Shown: piece after piece, positions 19,590 through 30,523 of the stretch | How the letters are laid out: each line of letters starts with the position of its first letter | Position numbering within the stretch: position 1 is the first letter of the stretch | Origin: a bacterium | GTDB lineage: Bacteria > UBA8248 | Direction: 5' to 3' | Assembly (NCBI GenBank): GCA_965200245.1 | Contig: CBDATS010000004.1 | Coordinates: forward strand, 1,216,001-1,280,000 | DNA length: 64,000 nucleotides | The notes under the pieces: generated by a model | Told to the model about the DNA's origin: nothing | Database searches by the model: none | What the model saw: only the letters and a program-made list of their open reading frames with translations | Position numbers and translations under genes: made by a program

Positions 19590-20048
19590 CTAGAGTGCCT
19601 TCAGCACGTCCTTCGTATGGCCGGCCACCTTGACGTCCTTGAAAACTTTCTCGATGACGCCCATCTCATCAATGATGTAGGTAGTGCGGTAAATGCCGTT
19701 GAACTTCTCGCCGAACAGCGTTTTCTCGCCGTAGGCCCCGTATTTGGACGAGATGAGGCCGTCGGGGTCCGCCAGCAGGGTGAAGTCCAGGTCCAGTTTC
19801 TCGGAAAACTTCTTGTGGCTGACTTCGTTATCCGGGCTGACACCGATTACAGTCGCGTTCTTCTTGTGAATCTTTCCCAGTTCCCTGTTGAAGTCCCGCG
19901 CCTCCGCCGTGCATCCGGGCGTGTTGTCCTTCGGGTAGAAGTAGAGCACTACCTTCTGGCCCTTGTACTTCGAGAGCTGATGCACTTTGCCGTTTTCATC
20001 CCTCAGGGCGAAGGCGGGGGCTTTCACTCCTTCTTTTAGCGCTGCCAT
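19590..20048 (-). CDS. bcp: Peroxiredoxin, BCP/PrxQ type
   Basis: YFYPKDNTPGCTAEA, GVSPD, RTTYIID; single Cys. Confidence 0.92.
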   Translation of the reverse strand: MAALKEGVKAPAFALRDENGKVHQLSKYKGQKVVLYFYPKDNTPGCTAEARDFNRELGKIHKKNATVIGVSPDNEVSHKKFSEKLDLDFTLLADPDGLISSKYGAYGEKTLFGEKFNGIYRTTYIIDEMGVIEKVFKDVKVAGHTKDVLKAL

Positions 20049-20189
20049 TTCGCCCCCTTGTCGTTGCAGTCCTGTAGATCAAAAAAAACCACGCGCCATG
20101 ATACGCATGTTTGAGATAAAGCGGGAGCAATCGACGCTCGGGGAATTATACTGCCACAAACCGGAACAGACTTCAAGCGCGCCCCGGCT

Positions 20190-21047
20190 TCAGAGCCCCC
20201 AATCACGGGCGTAACGGAAATCGCGGTCTATCGTGCGCTGGCTGAGCTTGGCGATGAGCGGCAGGCGCCTCTTGTACTGGCTGCGCTGGACGAAGCGCTG
20301 GATACCGTCCACGAGTTCGGGCGGGAAGCCCTCGCCCAGGAGTTCCTCGCGCGTGTAACGGCGATCAATCATCCGGTAAAGCACGGCGTCGGCCACCTCG
20401 TAGGTGTAGCCAAGTTCCTGTTCGTCGGTCTGGCCCACCCACAAATCCGCGCTCGGGGCTTTCTCCACCACCTGCGCGGGCACGCCGACATGGCGCGAGA
20501 GTTGGCGTACCTGCGTCTTGAACAAATCGCCGATGGGGTTCACCGCGCTCGCCATGTCACCGAAGAGCGTACCATAGCCGAGCAGGAGTTCTGTCTTGTT
20601 GCTCGTGCCCAGCACCAGCGCGCTGAGCATGGCGGAATGATCATATAAGATCGTCATCCGCTCACGAGCCATCTTGTTGCCCCGGCGCAGGTTGTCCGCG
20701 TCCGGGAAGCGCTCGAAATAGGTGTCCACCTGGGGGGAGATGTCCACTACGTCGAAATGGATGCCGCTCGCTTCTGCCACTGCACGTGCGTCCGCCTCAC
20801 TCTGGGGGTTCGACAGTCGGTAGGGCATGATAACGCCCGTCACGTTCTCAGGCCCCATGGCGCGGGCAGCTAGGAAGGCCGAGAGCGCACTGTCTATCCC
20901 TCCCGAGAGGCCCAGCACGAGTTTCCTTACGCCCACTTTCGAAACTTCATCCCTGATGAAGCCCGAGAGCAAGCCGACGGCAAGATCGCCATCAAGTTCG
21001 AGTTCTGTCATCGCTTCTTCGATGAGTCCTTCATCCAGCAAGGCCAA
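20190..21047 (-). CDS. nadE: NAD+ synthetase, synthetase subunit (no fused glutaminase)
   Basis: [37 protein letters not shown]. Confidence 0.95.
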   Translation of the reverse strand: MALLDEGLIEEAMTELELDGDLAVGLLSGFIRDEVSKVGVRKLVLGLSGGIDSALSAFLAARAMGPENVTGVIMPYRLSNPQSEADARAVAEASGIHFDVVDISPQVDTYFERFPDADNLRRGNKMARERMTILYDHSAMLSALVLGTSNKTELLLGYGTLFGDMASAVNPIGDLFKTQVRQLSRHVGVPAQVVEKAPSADLWVGQTDEQELGYTYEVADAVLYRMIDRRYTREELLGEGFPPELVDGIQRFVQRSQYKRRLPLIAKLSQRTIDRDFRYARDWGL

Positions 21048-21197
21048 ATCCCCTGAATGAAAAGCGGTATCGCGACGATTTTCCTCGTATCATGCCTCCC
21101 GCCCGCGTGCCGCGCAACGCCTTGGACTCATTGACCGCGTGCGTGGCCCGGGGATACCCTTCCTTCCTCCATCCATTCACCCCTTTTTGGAGTCGGT

Positions 21198-21977
21198 ATG
21201 CCTTACGTGGGAAACATCGAAGACATCAAATGGATCTACGACCAGGAAGAGGCGATGCGCCAAGGCTCACCCATCCTCATCGACACGCCGAATCTGGAAG
21301 TGCGCGTCATCGTACTCCGTCCCGGCGCATACCCTCCCTATCACGCGCATCACGAGGAAATGGACGAGGGCTATCTTATCTATAACGGGCGCGGGATCAT
21401 CCACAACGATGGGCATACCTTCGAGGTCGGAAAGGGCGACGTACTCTTGAACCCGCGCGGGGCGATGCACCACATGAAAAACACAGGGGATGATGAACTG
21501 ATAGAGTTCAACTTCAGGGGCGGCCGGATGCCCTCCGGCTTCCTGATGCCGCCGGGCGACCCGCCGCCCAACCCGGACCCGGAATCGGTACAAAACCCCC
21601 TCGACCCGCCCGTGCCCTACATCAAGGGCGACATTGCCGGGCTCACAGGACCGTTCGACGCAAGCTCTGTCAAGGAAAAGGGACTCGCGCGCGCCATCTC
21701 CACTGAATACCTCGAATGTCAGATCGTCTCCTTCCCCCCGGGCGGAAGGCCACACGTTCACCGCCACCAGGATACGATGGACGAGGCGACGCTCGTTCTT
21801 GAAGGACACATGAACTTCATCATCGAAGGCGAGACGACAGAGGCTTCCCAGGGCGATCTCGTCCACACCCCCGGCGGGGCATGGCATACCGTGCACAACG
21901 TAAGCGACGCTACCGCCGTTCTCTTCAACTTCAGGGGCGGTGCGCTACCCTCCAAAACCGAATGGCGGGATACCTAG
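21198..21977 (+). CDS. Bicupin protein
   Basis: Two cupin repeats: YHAHHEEMDE...GAMHH and HRHQDTMDE...GAWH, each followed by FNFRGG. Confidence 0.85.
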   Translation: MPYVGNIEDIKWIYDQEEAMRQGSPILIDTPNLEVRVIVLRPGAYPPYHAHHEEMDEGYLIYNGRGIIHNDGHTFEVGKGDVLLNPRGAMHHMKNTGDDELIEFNFRGGRMPSGFLMPPGDPPPNPDPESVQNPLDPPVPYIKGDIAGLTGPFDASSVKEKGLARAISTEYLECQIVSFPPGGRPHVHRHQDTMDEATLVLEGHMNFIIEGETTEASQGDLVHTPGGAWHTVHNVSDATAVLFNFRGGALPSKTEWRDT

Positions 21978-22145
21978 AGAGCAATCACCCGCAAGGGTGG
22001 ACTTTCGCCCCCATCCATCTCGATTCGCAAGGCTTTCGCAGGGACGGTTCTCGAACCGTCTCTGGATCAGAAAGCGCGTTCTGGCCATAGGAACAGCTCA
22101 CGACTTTCCCCCAAGGGAACCAGAAAATTTGCGAACAGCACGAGC

Positions 22146-22304
22146 GTGGTCCTCTCCGTGGGCTTTGCCCTGTTCGCCGCCTCGGGCTACGAGGGGATCT
22201 GGATGCTCGGGCTGATGGTGACACTCATGATCAGTCTGGGGCTGCTCACCGACTTCTTTCTTCTGCCGACGCTGCTGATGCGTTTCGATCGGAGGAAACC
22301 ATGA
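22146..22304 (+). pseudogene. C-terminal remnant of an RND/MMPL-family exporter
   Basis: VVLSVGFALFAASGYEGIWMLGLMVTLMISLGLLTDFFLLPTLLMRFDRRKP*, like the last two TM helices, with no upstream gene body. Confidence 0.65.
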
Positions 22305-22964
22305 TCACCCGACTGTCCCTCCTGCTTCCCCTGGTGTGCCAGTACGTTCTGGTTCATCCGCCTGCGCCGGCTTCGCGTGAAGGTTCTGGAGGCGGAAGGG
22401 TGCGGGAACAAGAGCCTGTTCGTCTTCGAACGCCCGCGCGACGTGAAGGGCACGGCCCTGCTCGCCCACTCCCACAGGGACAGGGGCGACGACCAGTGGC
22501 TCTACCTGCCCGCCCTCAAGCGGGTGAAGCGCATCAGTTCGTCGAACCGGTCGGGCTCGTTCATGGGCAGCGAGTTCTCCTACGAGGACATGGGGACCCA
22601 GGAGGTCGAGAAGTTCACCTACCGCTACCGGGGGGAGGAGCCCTGCGGGAAGCTGACGTGCACGGTCGTGGAACGCTTCCCGACGGACAGGCGTTCGGGC
22701 TACACGCGCCAGGTCGTCTGGCAGGACAGGGACGAGCTTCGCGCCTGGAAGATCCAGTACTACGACCGGAAGAACTCGCACCTGAAGACGCTGACGTTCA
22801 GCAAGTACAGGAAGTTTCTGGACAGGTTCTGGCAGTCGCACGAGATGAAGATGGTGAACCACCAGACGGGCAAGAGCACCGTGCTGCGCTGGAAGGACTA
22901 CAAATTCCGCACCGGTCTCAGGGAGAGCGAATTCACGCGAACCGGCCTGAGACGGGTACGCTGA
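22301..22964 (+). pseudogene. Outer-membrane lipoprotein-sorting (LolA-like) protein, 5' part deleted or frameshifted
   Basis: PRDVKGTALL, DDQWLYLPALKRVKRI, SFMGSEFSYED; the coupled ATG at 22301 (MITRLSLLLP) is out of frame with the body. Confidence 0.75.
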
Positions 22965-22979
22965 TGGCGATGCACGCTC

Positions 22980-23110
22980 GCCGACATGGATTATACGATA
23001 CGCGTTCTGAGCGTCGAGTGGAAACGACGCCGACGCCTCTCGGATCGGTGGCCCATGAAGCTCAAGACCATCGCCCTTTCGTCGTCCTGAACCTGACGTA
23101 CAACTTCCAG
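22980..23110 (+). pseudogene. Remnant of the C-terminus of an outer-membrane beta-barrel protein
   Basis: Fragments RVLSVEWKRR..LSDRW and FVVLNLTYNF in different frames. Confidence 0.4.
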
Positions 23111-23743
23111 CGGGGCTCTGTCGAGATACTTCCGGAATCACGACCTTCCTTTCAGGAGCGACGATACCGAAAGTCGGTTTATAGAATTTACAGGCCAAGC
23201 TCACCTTGCCGCCGCTGCAGAAGAAATACTTATGACGCAGTCGGTCAATCTGGTTCTTCTATATCGAAGCGCGCGCTTTCGATTCGCACACCTGCCAGAC
23301 AGTACGGGCACGCCGCCGCGCGAGAAAGTCCTTTCAAGCCCGGCGTTGGATCGTCCGGGAAATAAACCGGCACAGGAGAACATTTCCTGGTATTTGGAGC
23401 TGCGGGAGTCCCGTCCTCAAGAAGCCTCCTGAAGGGTTTTCGCGTTGCGCGATCGTATTCCCTCGGGGATGTTCAAAGAGAACGCCATGCGCGTTTCATG
23501 ACGGGAAATTTCAAATTCGGACTGCATAACAAATTCTGAAAGCATTCATTACACTTGTCGCAAAGCGATACACGGAAGCAGCGGGGCAAAGTCCGTTTCC
23601 GATGCCTCGACCGCAACTCTGCTGGACCAACGAACACGCGTTATACCGCGATCACACCGAAAACGGTCTCTTGCTACAAATGTGCGGCCAAACTGGCACC
23701 CCTGAGCGAATTTTCGGAAAGTACGATTGCGGTCTCCACCGGA

Positions 23744-24820
23744 TCAGTCCTTAACGCGTGTCCCCGTGGAACCCTCGAACAGATGAACGTTTTCCATATC
23801 AAAGAACACCCGGAGATTCTCCCCCACCCGAGCGCGGAAATGACCTTCCTCCTTCACCGTGAGCACCTCTCCCCCGATATCGAGGGCGACGTAGGTATCC
23901 GAACCCAGCGGCTCGACGAGTTCCACCCGACCATCTGCGGAAACGAAGCGCGCCCCCTCTCCCTGAAACCCCAGGTGTTCGGGGCGGAAGCCGAGCGTGT
24001 AGACCTCTCCTTCCCGGCACGCCTCGGGAAGCGGGAAACGCACGACGCCCCCGCCGAGTTCGATATCTCCCTCCGAACGACGGGCACAGCCCTCGATGAA
24101 GTTCATCGCCGGGCTCCCCAGAAACCCCGCCACGAAACGGTTGAGCGGGCGATCGTAAAGCGCGGTGGGAGGTCCCGCCTGCAGTATCTTCCCCTCGTCC
24201 ATGACGACGATACGATCCCCCATCGTCATCGCCTCGGTCTGATCATGCGTGACGTAGATCGAGGTCGTGCCCAAGCGACGCTGGATCTTTCGGATCTCGG
24301 CACGGGCGATCACGCGCAACTTGGCGTCCAGGTTGCTGAGCGGCTCATCGAAGAGAAAGGCCACCGGGTCGCGTACGATGGCCCGGCAGACCGCCACCCG
24401 TTGGCGCTGGCCGCCCGAGAGCTGGCGCGGCTTGCGGGCGAGGAGGTCATCCAGCCCCATGAGAGCGGTGGCTTCCTTCACGCGGCGGTCAATCTCCCCC
24501 GGGGGAATCCGGCGCACGCGCAGACCGAAAGCCATGTTCTCGTATACCGTCATGTGGGGATAGAGGGCGTAGTTCTGAAACACCATGGCCATGTTGCGAT
24601 CCTTGGCCGGAATCTCGTTCACACGCTCACCCGACACGCGTATCTCGCCCCCCGTGGGAAACTCCAGGCCCGCCACCATCCGCAGCGTCGTCGTCTTCCC
24701 GCAGCCCGACGGTCCAACAAGGACGAGGAACTCTCCCTCTTCCACCTCGAGGTTGATTCCGTCCACGGCGCGCACGCTGCCGAAGTGTTTGCTCAGGTTC
24801 TCGAGACTCACGGTGCCCAA
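23744..24820 (-). CDS. CUT1-type ABC transporter ATP-binding protein (MalK/UgpC-like)
   Basis: GPSGCGKT, LSGGQRQR, DEPLSNLD, TOBE C-terminus. Confidence 0.95.
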   Translation of the reverse strand: MGTVSLENLSKHFGSVRAVDGINLEVEEGEFLVLVGPSGCGKTTTLRMVAGLEFPTGGEIRVSGERVNEIPAKDRNMAMVFQNYALYPHMTVYENMAFGLRVRRIPPGEIDRRVKEATALMGLDDLLARKPRQLSGGQRQRVAVCRAIVRDPVAFLFDEPLSNLDAKLRVIARAEIRKIQRRLGTTSIYVTHDQTEAMTMGDRIVVMDEGKILQAGPPTALYDRPLNRFVAGFLGSPAMNFIEGCARRSEGDIELGGGVVRFPLPEACREGEVYTLGFRPEHLGFQGEGARFVSADGRVELVEPLGSDTYVALDIGGEVLTVKEEGHFRARVGENLRVFFDMENVHLFEGSTGTRVKD

Positions 24821-24831
24821 GCCGACTCCCC

Positions 24832-25680
24832 CTACTTCACCGCTCCGGCCGTGAGGGCGCGGACGAGATAACGCTGCATGAAAAAACCCACCAGCAGGGC
24901 GGGCAACATGATGAGCGTCGCAAGTGTGGACATATCCTGCCAGAAAACCTGCATCTCACCCATCGTCTCCGCCAACCGGACGGGGATGGTGCGCGCGTGC
25001 ACGTTCGTCAGCATGAACGCGAACATGAACTCGTTCCAGGCCAGAAGAAAAACGAAAATGGAAGTCGCCGCAATACCCGAGGACGCGAGGGGAAAGGTTA
25101 CCCGCGCCAGGGTGCGCAGCGCACCGCAGCCGTCCAGGGCGGCAGCTTCTTCAAGTTCTTTCGGAATGCCGTCGAAAAACGCCTTCATCAGCCATGTGCC
25201 AAAGGGGATGTTGAGGGCAGTGTAAATAAGGATCAGGATCAACCGCGTGTCGAGTATCTGGAGATAACGAAACAGCAGATAGAGTGGAACTACGGCCGTG
25301 ACGGGCGGTAGCAGACGCGTGGCCAGCATGAAAAACAGAAGATAATTCGACGCCCGGAAGCGATAGCGCGAAAACGCATAGGCTGCAAGGGAAGATACCA
25401 GCAGGGTGAGAAAGGTCGTCACCACCGCGATGAGGGTGCTGTTCCAGATGAAGCGCAAGGCCGACTCGTTTCCGAGCCCCAGGAACTTCTCATATGAGGA
25501 GAAATCAGGACTCACGAAAACCTTGGGCGGGATGCTGAAGATGGCGGTCTCATCCTTCAGCGAAGTGAGCATGATCCACACGATCGGAAACAGGCTGAAC
25601 GCGAGCAGCACCAACATTGCCCCTCGTGCAGCCGGGAAGGAGGGAATTCCGGGCCCGATCTGTTCTTCGCCCCGCGGCAT
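24832..25680 (-). CDS. CUT1 ABC transporter permease (MalG-like)
   Basis: IPKELEEAAALDG EAA motif, AWNEF. Confidence 0.93.
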   Translation of the reverse strand: MPRGEEQIGPGIPSFPAARGAMLVLLAFSLFPIVWIMLTSLKDETAIFSIPPKVFVSPDFSSYEKFLGLGNESALRFIWNSTLIAVVTTFLTLLVSSLAAYAFSRYRFRASNYLLFFMLATRLLPPVTAVVPLYLLFRYLQILDTRLILILIYTALNIPFGTWLMKAFFDGIPKELEEAAALDGCGALRTLARVTFPLASSGIAATSIFVFLLAWNEFMFAFMLTNVHARTIPVRLAETMGEMQVFWQDMSTLATLIMLPALLVGFFMQRYLVRALTAGAVK

Positions 25681-25683
25681 TGC

Positions 25684-26610
25684 CTAGCTATCCCTGTCCT
25701 GAATGAGCCGCAAGTAGGCGACCGCGATTCCCGCACCGAGCACGAGAAGGACAACCGAGGTGGCCGCCGCGTTGCCTACGTCGAAATAGCGAAAATACGT
25801 GCGCTGAACAAGCAGGCCGTAAGGCATGGTGGACGTGCCGGGGCCTCCTTCGGTGAGAATATAGGGAATATCAAACACCCGCAGCTTGAAAATGGTCTGA
25901 AACAGCAGCGCGACTACCAGCGGGGGAAGAATGAGCGGAAAGGTGATCCGCCGGAACACCTGCACGCGGTTCGCGCCGTCCACATGGGCGGCTTCGAACA
26001 CCTCGTTGGGCAGGGCGGTGATGCCCGCCAGGAGAATCATGGTGACGAAGGGCGTTGAACGCCATGCCTCGCAGATCACGATTGCCCAGAAGGCAGGGCC
26101 AGTCTCGGCGAGCCAGTTCACCTTGGCAATTCCCACGAGAGTGAGCAGGAGGTTCACGATGCCAATGTCGCGGTCCCACATGAGCCGCCAGCCGAGGCCG
26201 ACCGCAATGGGAGCGACCATATAGGGGGTCAAGAGAAAAGAGGTCACGAGTCGCCTGCCGCGTACCAGCCCGTAGAGCAGCAGTGCGCTCGCCACACCCA
26301 GTACAAACTCCAGGGCGATGGTGGCCACGGTGAAGCCCAGGCTGAAGCGGGTTACGGGCCAGAAATCGGGGTCGACCGTGAGCAAGCGAATGTAGTTTGC
26401 GAATCCGACGAAGCTGGAGAGATGAGGCGTGGTGAGCCGCCACTCCCACAGCGAGAGATAAATATTGTAGATTGAGGGATAGACCAGTATCCCACCAAGG
26501 ATGGCGAAGGCAGGCGCCATGAGCAGATAGGGCGCCATCGCCTGCTTTCGCGCGGGGGTAAACCACGACCGGCCCCCTCGCGCCGTTTTCTGGGCGGTTC
26601 CAGTACTCAC
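25684..26610 (-). CDS. CUT1 ABC transporter permease (MalF-like)
   Basis: EAAHVDGA, FDIPYILTEGGPG; start set at the GTG with RBS. Confidence 0.9.
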   Translation of the reverse strand: MSTGTAQKTARGGRSWFTPARKQAMAPYLLMAPAFAILGGILVYPSIYNIYLSLWEWRLTTPHLSSFVGFANYIRLLTVDPDFWPVTRFSLGFTVATIALEFVLGVASALLLYGLVRGRRLVTSFLLTPYMVAPIAVGLGWRLMWDRDIGIVNLLLTLVGIAKVNWLAETGPAFWAIVICEAWRSTPFVTMILLAGITALPNEVFEAAHVDGANRVQVFRRITFPLILPPLVVALLFQTIFKLRVFDIPYILTEGGPGTSTMPYGLLVQRTYFRYFDVGNAAATSVVLLVLGAGIAVAYLRLIQDRDS

Positions 26611-26730
26611 GACCCTCTCCGTTTTCTCGTTTGCGGCCGCGCCGCACGTATGACGAGCCCAATCCTCTCCCGGGAGGATGGATCGCCCTCCCGGGGACTC
26701 GTCCATACGTCCAGGCAGTCGAGAGTGGCC

Positions 26731-28005
26731 TTACTTCAAGACCGCACTGATCTGCTTGCAAGCATCCTGCATGGCCTGCTTCGCGCTTTTCTTCTTCTGC
26801 AGGTAGTTGATGACTTCCTTCGAGGTGGCGTCACTGATTTCGGACGCGCGCGGATGCTGCGCCGCGCCGCTTCCCCGACTGATGGCGGTCAGCCACGCCT
26901 TCGCCACCGGAAACTTCTTCAGGTAGTCCGCGTTGTTGTAGACCGAACTGCGAACCGGGCCGTTCGCCCATTGCAGGGCGCCCCGAAGCTGGTTTTTCTT
27001 GTTAGAGAGCGCCATCATGAGCTCCCAAGCCGCCTTCTTGTTCTTGCTCTTCCTGTCCATGACGAGATGCCAGCCGCCGTTCAGGGTGGCGCCGGTATTC
27101 TTGCCATCCAGCGTCGGAACGAGGAACCAACCCAGCTTGTCAGCCGTCTTGGACTTCTTGGGGTTGGTCATCAGGCCCCAATAAGGGGAAAAATAGACCC
27201 CCATGGCCGCGCGGCCCTGCATCATGGCGTTTCGGTATTCGTCCCGGCCCCAGGCCAGCATGTCGGGCGGCGACCAGCCGCTGCGAAAAGGCTTGCCGAA
27301 GACTTCGAGCAACTTGATCGAATCGGCGCGGTCGAGCAAGCAGGTCTTGTTGTCGGCGGAGAGTACGCCGTGGCCCGAACTGTGGAGATAGCGCAGGAAG
27401 TCCTGTTCCACGTGGACGCCCGGTTTTCCGCGCTGAACGACGCCATAGACCTTGCCGGGCTGGTTCAGCTTCTCGGCCGCGGCGAGGAATTCGTCCCACG
27501 TCTTGGGAATCGAGACTTTGGCCGCCGCGAACAGGTCCTTGCGGTAATAGACGATTCCCGTTCCCGTCCGGTAAGGAATCCCGTAGGCGGGCCCACCGGG
27601 CTTTGGGAAGCGGGTAGTACCCGAGAGAGCGGGGATGAGATCTCCATAGTCGTAGTCTGCCGGCGCGCTCTTGATGTAGTTGTCCAAAGGCTCCAAAAAG
27701 CCGATCGTCTCGGGGTTGACCCATGCATCGACCCAAGACACAACGTCGAACTGTCCGCCTCCGGCAGCGAAGGAGAGTACTGCCTTGTCCTTGATCTTCC
27801 CGTAGGGGGTGGTCACCACGGTCACCTTGATGCCCTTTTCCTTATCAAGGTCGGCCACCACGCCCTTCGGCCCCCCAGCCGCCTTGAACAGGGTCGGGTG
27901 GATGAGGAGTGTGACCTTTTTGGCCGCCGCTGCAGGAAGTGCGAGCCCTGCCAACAGGGCGACCACGGCAATAAGGCAAATTAACCAGCGTCCGGAACGT
28001 TTCAT
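26731..28005 (-). CDS. CUT1 ABC transporter substrate-binding protein
   Basis: Signal peptide (…PAAA), YYRKDLF, PKTWDEF, GGWHL. Confidence 0.92.
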   Translation of the reverse strand: MKRSGRWLICLIAVVALLAGLALPAAAAKKVTLLIHPTLFKAAGGPKGVVADLDKEKGIKVTVVTTPYGKIKDKAVLSFAAGGGQFDVVSWVDAWVNPETIGFLEPLDNYIKSAPADYDYGDLIPALSGTTRFPKPGGPAYGIPYRTGTGIVYYRKDLFAAAKVSIPKTWDEFLAAAEKLNQPGKVYGVVQRGKPGVHVEQDFLRYLHSSGHGVLSADNKTCLLDRADSIKLLEVFGKPFRSGWSPPDMLAWGRDEYRNAMMQGRAAMGVYFSPYWGLMTNPKKSKTADKLGWFLVPTLDGKNTGATLNGGWHLVMDRKSKNKKAAWELMMALSNKKNQLRGALQWANGPVRSSVYNNADYLKKFPVAKAWLTAISRGSGAAQHPRASEISDATSKEVINYLQKKKSAKQAMQDACKQISAVLK

Positions 28006-28064
28006 CGTTTCTCCTCCCTTTTCTGGGTGTTCGATCCAAGGCGATGCGAACTCCTAAAGAGCGG

Positions 28065-29450
28065 TCACAAAACCGCTCCATCCTGGCGAAGTTTTTCCCG
28101 CAGCGGTTCTACCGGCAGTTCGCGCGGAGTCATCCTGCGCTCCACGCACATGGACGCCGCCGTACCCGCTGCCTGTCCGATGGTCATGATGTGGGCCTGG
28201 TTGCGCACGGAACCGTTCGCGAAGCGGTCGCTCGATACGGGCCGGCCCGCCACGATGCAGTTCTCGATCTTCCGGGGGATCATGACACCATACGGAATGC
28301 CGTAGGACTCCCCGTCCCTGACGTGTTTGTGCTCAATCACACCGGAAGGCTGGTGTACGTCCAGACAGTAGGCCCCCTGACCGATATCGCGCGGTCCCTT
28401 GCGCGCCTCGACACAGTCTTCATCGGTAAGAGTTTCCTCCCCGATGATGCGGCGCGTCTCGCGCACTCCGATGGCCGAGGCCGAATCCACCACGTAGCAC
28501 TTCTCGAAGCCGGGAACGTATTTGCGGTAGAAATCGCGCACCTTAAATATCTGTTCGCGGCCCTCGATGGCGACCCGGTTCAGATCGTCGTTGTCGACGC
28601 CGCTGTAGCCCAGCATGCTCGTCGAGTTGATGGTGACCACTCCGGGAGTGGCGGTGATGGAAAACACCACGCGCTGGCGGTTCGGGTGAAACTCGCCTCG
28701 CGACTGGGCGAGCTTGACGGCCTCGTAATAGCCGGTAACGAGGGGGTAGTCCTTGTGGGTGCGGAGCCCTGCGGCGATTTCCTCACGGCTCTTGCCAATG
28801 TAGGGATCTTCGCCGAGCATGAAGTTGTAGGGGTTGGCCTTGACGTGCTGGAGGTGGCGATCCAGATCCACGTTTCCCATCCTGGAGAAGAGGCTGATGG
28901 ACATCATCTGGCCCTCTTCGTTCCCGAGATGGAAGGGCGCACCCGCCTGGGCGGCGATGTCTGCGTCGCCGCTCGCGTCGATAACGACGCGTGCGCGGAT
29001 TTCACTCTCCCCACTCTTGTTCACAATTCGAACTCCGGCCACCCGGTCACCGTCCATGACGGGACCGATGGTGTAGGTGTTCAGCACGAGCTCAACGCCC
29101 GCCTCCAGGCAGAGTTTCTGGTTCACGAGCTTGAGCACCTCGCCGTCCTGGGGCGTTACGGAGTAGGAGTTTCCGTAGGCGTTATGGAGATGGCCTTCGG
29201 GAAAAGCGCCGCCCAGCTTGATAAGTTCGTCCACGATTTCCTGGGGAATGCCGTCGCAGATCTGCTCTCCCTTCATGTTGTGGAAAGTAAGGAAGTTGCC
29301 GAGAAGGCCCGCCGTCGCGTTTCCTCCCAGGAAGGCGTAGCGATCCGTGAGGACGGTTCGCGCTCCACCCCGCGCCGCTGCGATTGCGGCGCACACCCCG
29401 GCCATACCAGCTCCGACTACGAGAACGTCAACGTTGCCTCTGTCTGCCAT
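28065..29450 (-). CDS. FAD-dependent oxidoreductase (FAD_oxidored type)
   Basis: VVGAGMAG, LGGNAT, DASGDAD, GVRETRRI, YGIPYG, GQAAGTAA. Confidence 0.9.
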   Translation of the reverse strand: MADRGNVDVLVVGAGMAGVCAAIAAARGGARTVLTDRYAFLGGNATAGLLGNFLTFHNMKGEQICDGIPQEIVDELIKLGGAFPEGHLHNAYGNSYSVTPQDGEVLKLVNQKLCLEAGVELVLNTYTIGPVMDGDRVAGVRIVNKSGESEIRARVVIDASGDADIAAQAGAPFHLGNEEGQMMSISLFSRMGNVDLDRHLQHVKANPYNFMLGEDPYIGKSREEIAAGLRTHKDYPLVTGYYEAVKLAQSRGEFHPNRQRVVFSITATPGVVTINSTSMLGYSGVDNDDLNRVAIEGREQIFKVRDFYRKYVPGFEKCYVVDSASAIGVRETRRIIGEETLTDEDCVEARKGPRDIGQGAYCLDVHQPSGVIEHKHVRDGESYGIPYGVMIPRKIENCIVAGRPVSSDRFANGSVRNQAHIMTIGQAAGTAASMCVERRMTPRELPVEPLREKLRQDGAVL

Positions 29451-29485
29451 TGGTTTCTCCTTTTTCCACCCGCCTGTATGCCCGC

Positions 29486-30520
29486 CTAATCCTGTACAGG
29501 CTTCGTGACCGCCCGCGTCTCACCGTAGGTAGGGAAAAAAAGCGTGTGGCTCCCCGGTCCACCCGCCACGGTGAGGAGAATGCTTTTTGGGCTATCCGCA
29601 ATCGGAACGGCCTCGGGCTCTGAATCGGTGAAGAGTCCCGGCCGCTTGCCCCGAACGCGCTCGGCTATCTCCGGAGAAAAGCTCGCGAGCGAAACCCGAG
29701 CAAGTTCAAAGAGCGCACACTGCACGTCCTTTCGGTCCATGCCGCCCGCTTCGAGGAGACTTTTATGCTGGGGGCTAAGGACGACCAGCACTTCGCCACC
29801 GCCTTGGGCGTTGTTCGAGCCGGGATAGGCCATTGAGCCTGCGATCATGTGCAGCACACTCTCCGCGCTCCCGCTCGCGTAATCGTTCACGTTCACAGGC
29901 GCGTCCGCACCCACCACCGTCACGGCATCTTGATCCGCGCGGAACCCCCGCGCCATATGGAGCGGCTCCCAGCCGCATTCCGCCTCGGCGAAACAGGCGG
30001 AGAACTTCCCTCCGTGGCCGAAAGTGGCCATATCTGTCTCACCGGGAGTCGCCTGCCCCAGCCGCACGGCGACCAGGCGGACGGCGCGCCCGATCGTAGC
30101 GTTCGCCCGAAAGCCCGGCCCAAGGCATCCGCTACCCGAATGTACGTCAAGCCGTTCGGCAAGAGGCCCGTGGACGACAACCAAGGGCGAGGCGAGTTCG
30201 GTGGTCGCCTGAATGGCCAGGAAATTGAATTCGGGCTCCATCACGGCTTCGAGCGCCGCCAGAACCACCGGGAAGTACACAGGTTTGCACCCTGCGGCCA
30301 CCGCGCAGACGGCGGCATCCCCCACAGTCAACTCTTGCATGCCGGGCGGCATGATTCCCAGAACGTGGCCGGGACCCTCCTGCACCGAGGCGAGCATGGC
30401 GTCGATCGCCCGGCGTGTAGGCGGGACGAGGGGGAGTCCGTCACCCGGTCCGTTCTCAAGTGCGGCTTCGAGCGCCGCCTCGGCGCTCGGCGAAATTTCA
30501 CTCAGAAGTGCCCCGGACAT
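29486..30520 (-). CDS. Uncharacterised 'DGLP' family protein (UGSC partner), copy 5
   Basis: GDGLPLVPPT, AVAAGCKP, GCLGPGFRANATIGRA, VAGGPG. Confidence 0.85.
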   Translation of the reverse strand: MSGALLSEISPSAEAALEAALENGPGDGLPLVPPTRRAIDAMLASVQEGPGHVLGIMPPGMQELTVGDAAVCAVAAGCKPVYFPVVLAALEAVMEPEFNFLAIQATTELASPLVVVHGPLAERLDVHSGSGCLGPGFRANATIGRAVRLVAVRLGQATPGETDMATFGHGGKFSACFAEAECGWEPLHMARGFRADQDAVTVVGADAPVNVNDYASGSAESVLHMIAGSMAYPGSNNAQGGGEVLVVLSPQHKSLLEAGGMDRKDVQCALFELARVSLASFSPEIAERVRGKRPGLFTDSEPEAVPIADSPKSILLTVAGGPGSHTLFFPTYGETRAVTKPVQD

Positions 30521-30523
30521 AAC

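Noticed and set aside
20140-20152. GGGAATTATAC resembling the cassette TIR
   Set aside because: Short match, better explained as the TATAAT -10 box of the bcp promoter on the minus strand
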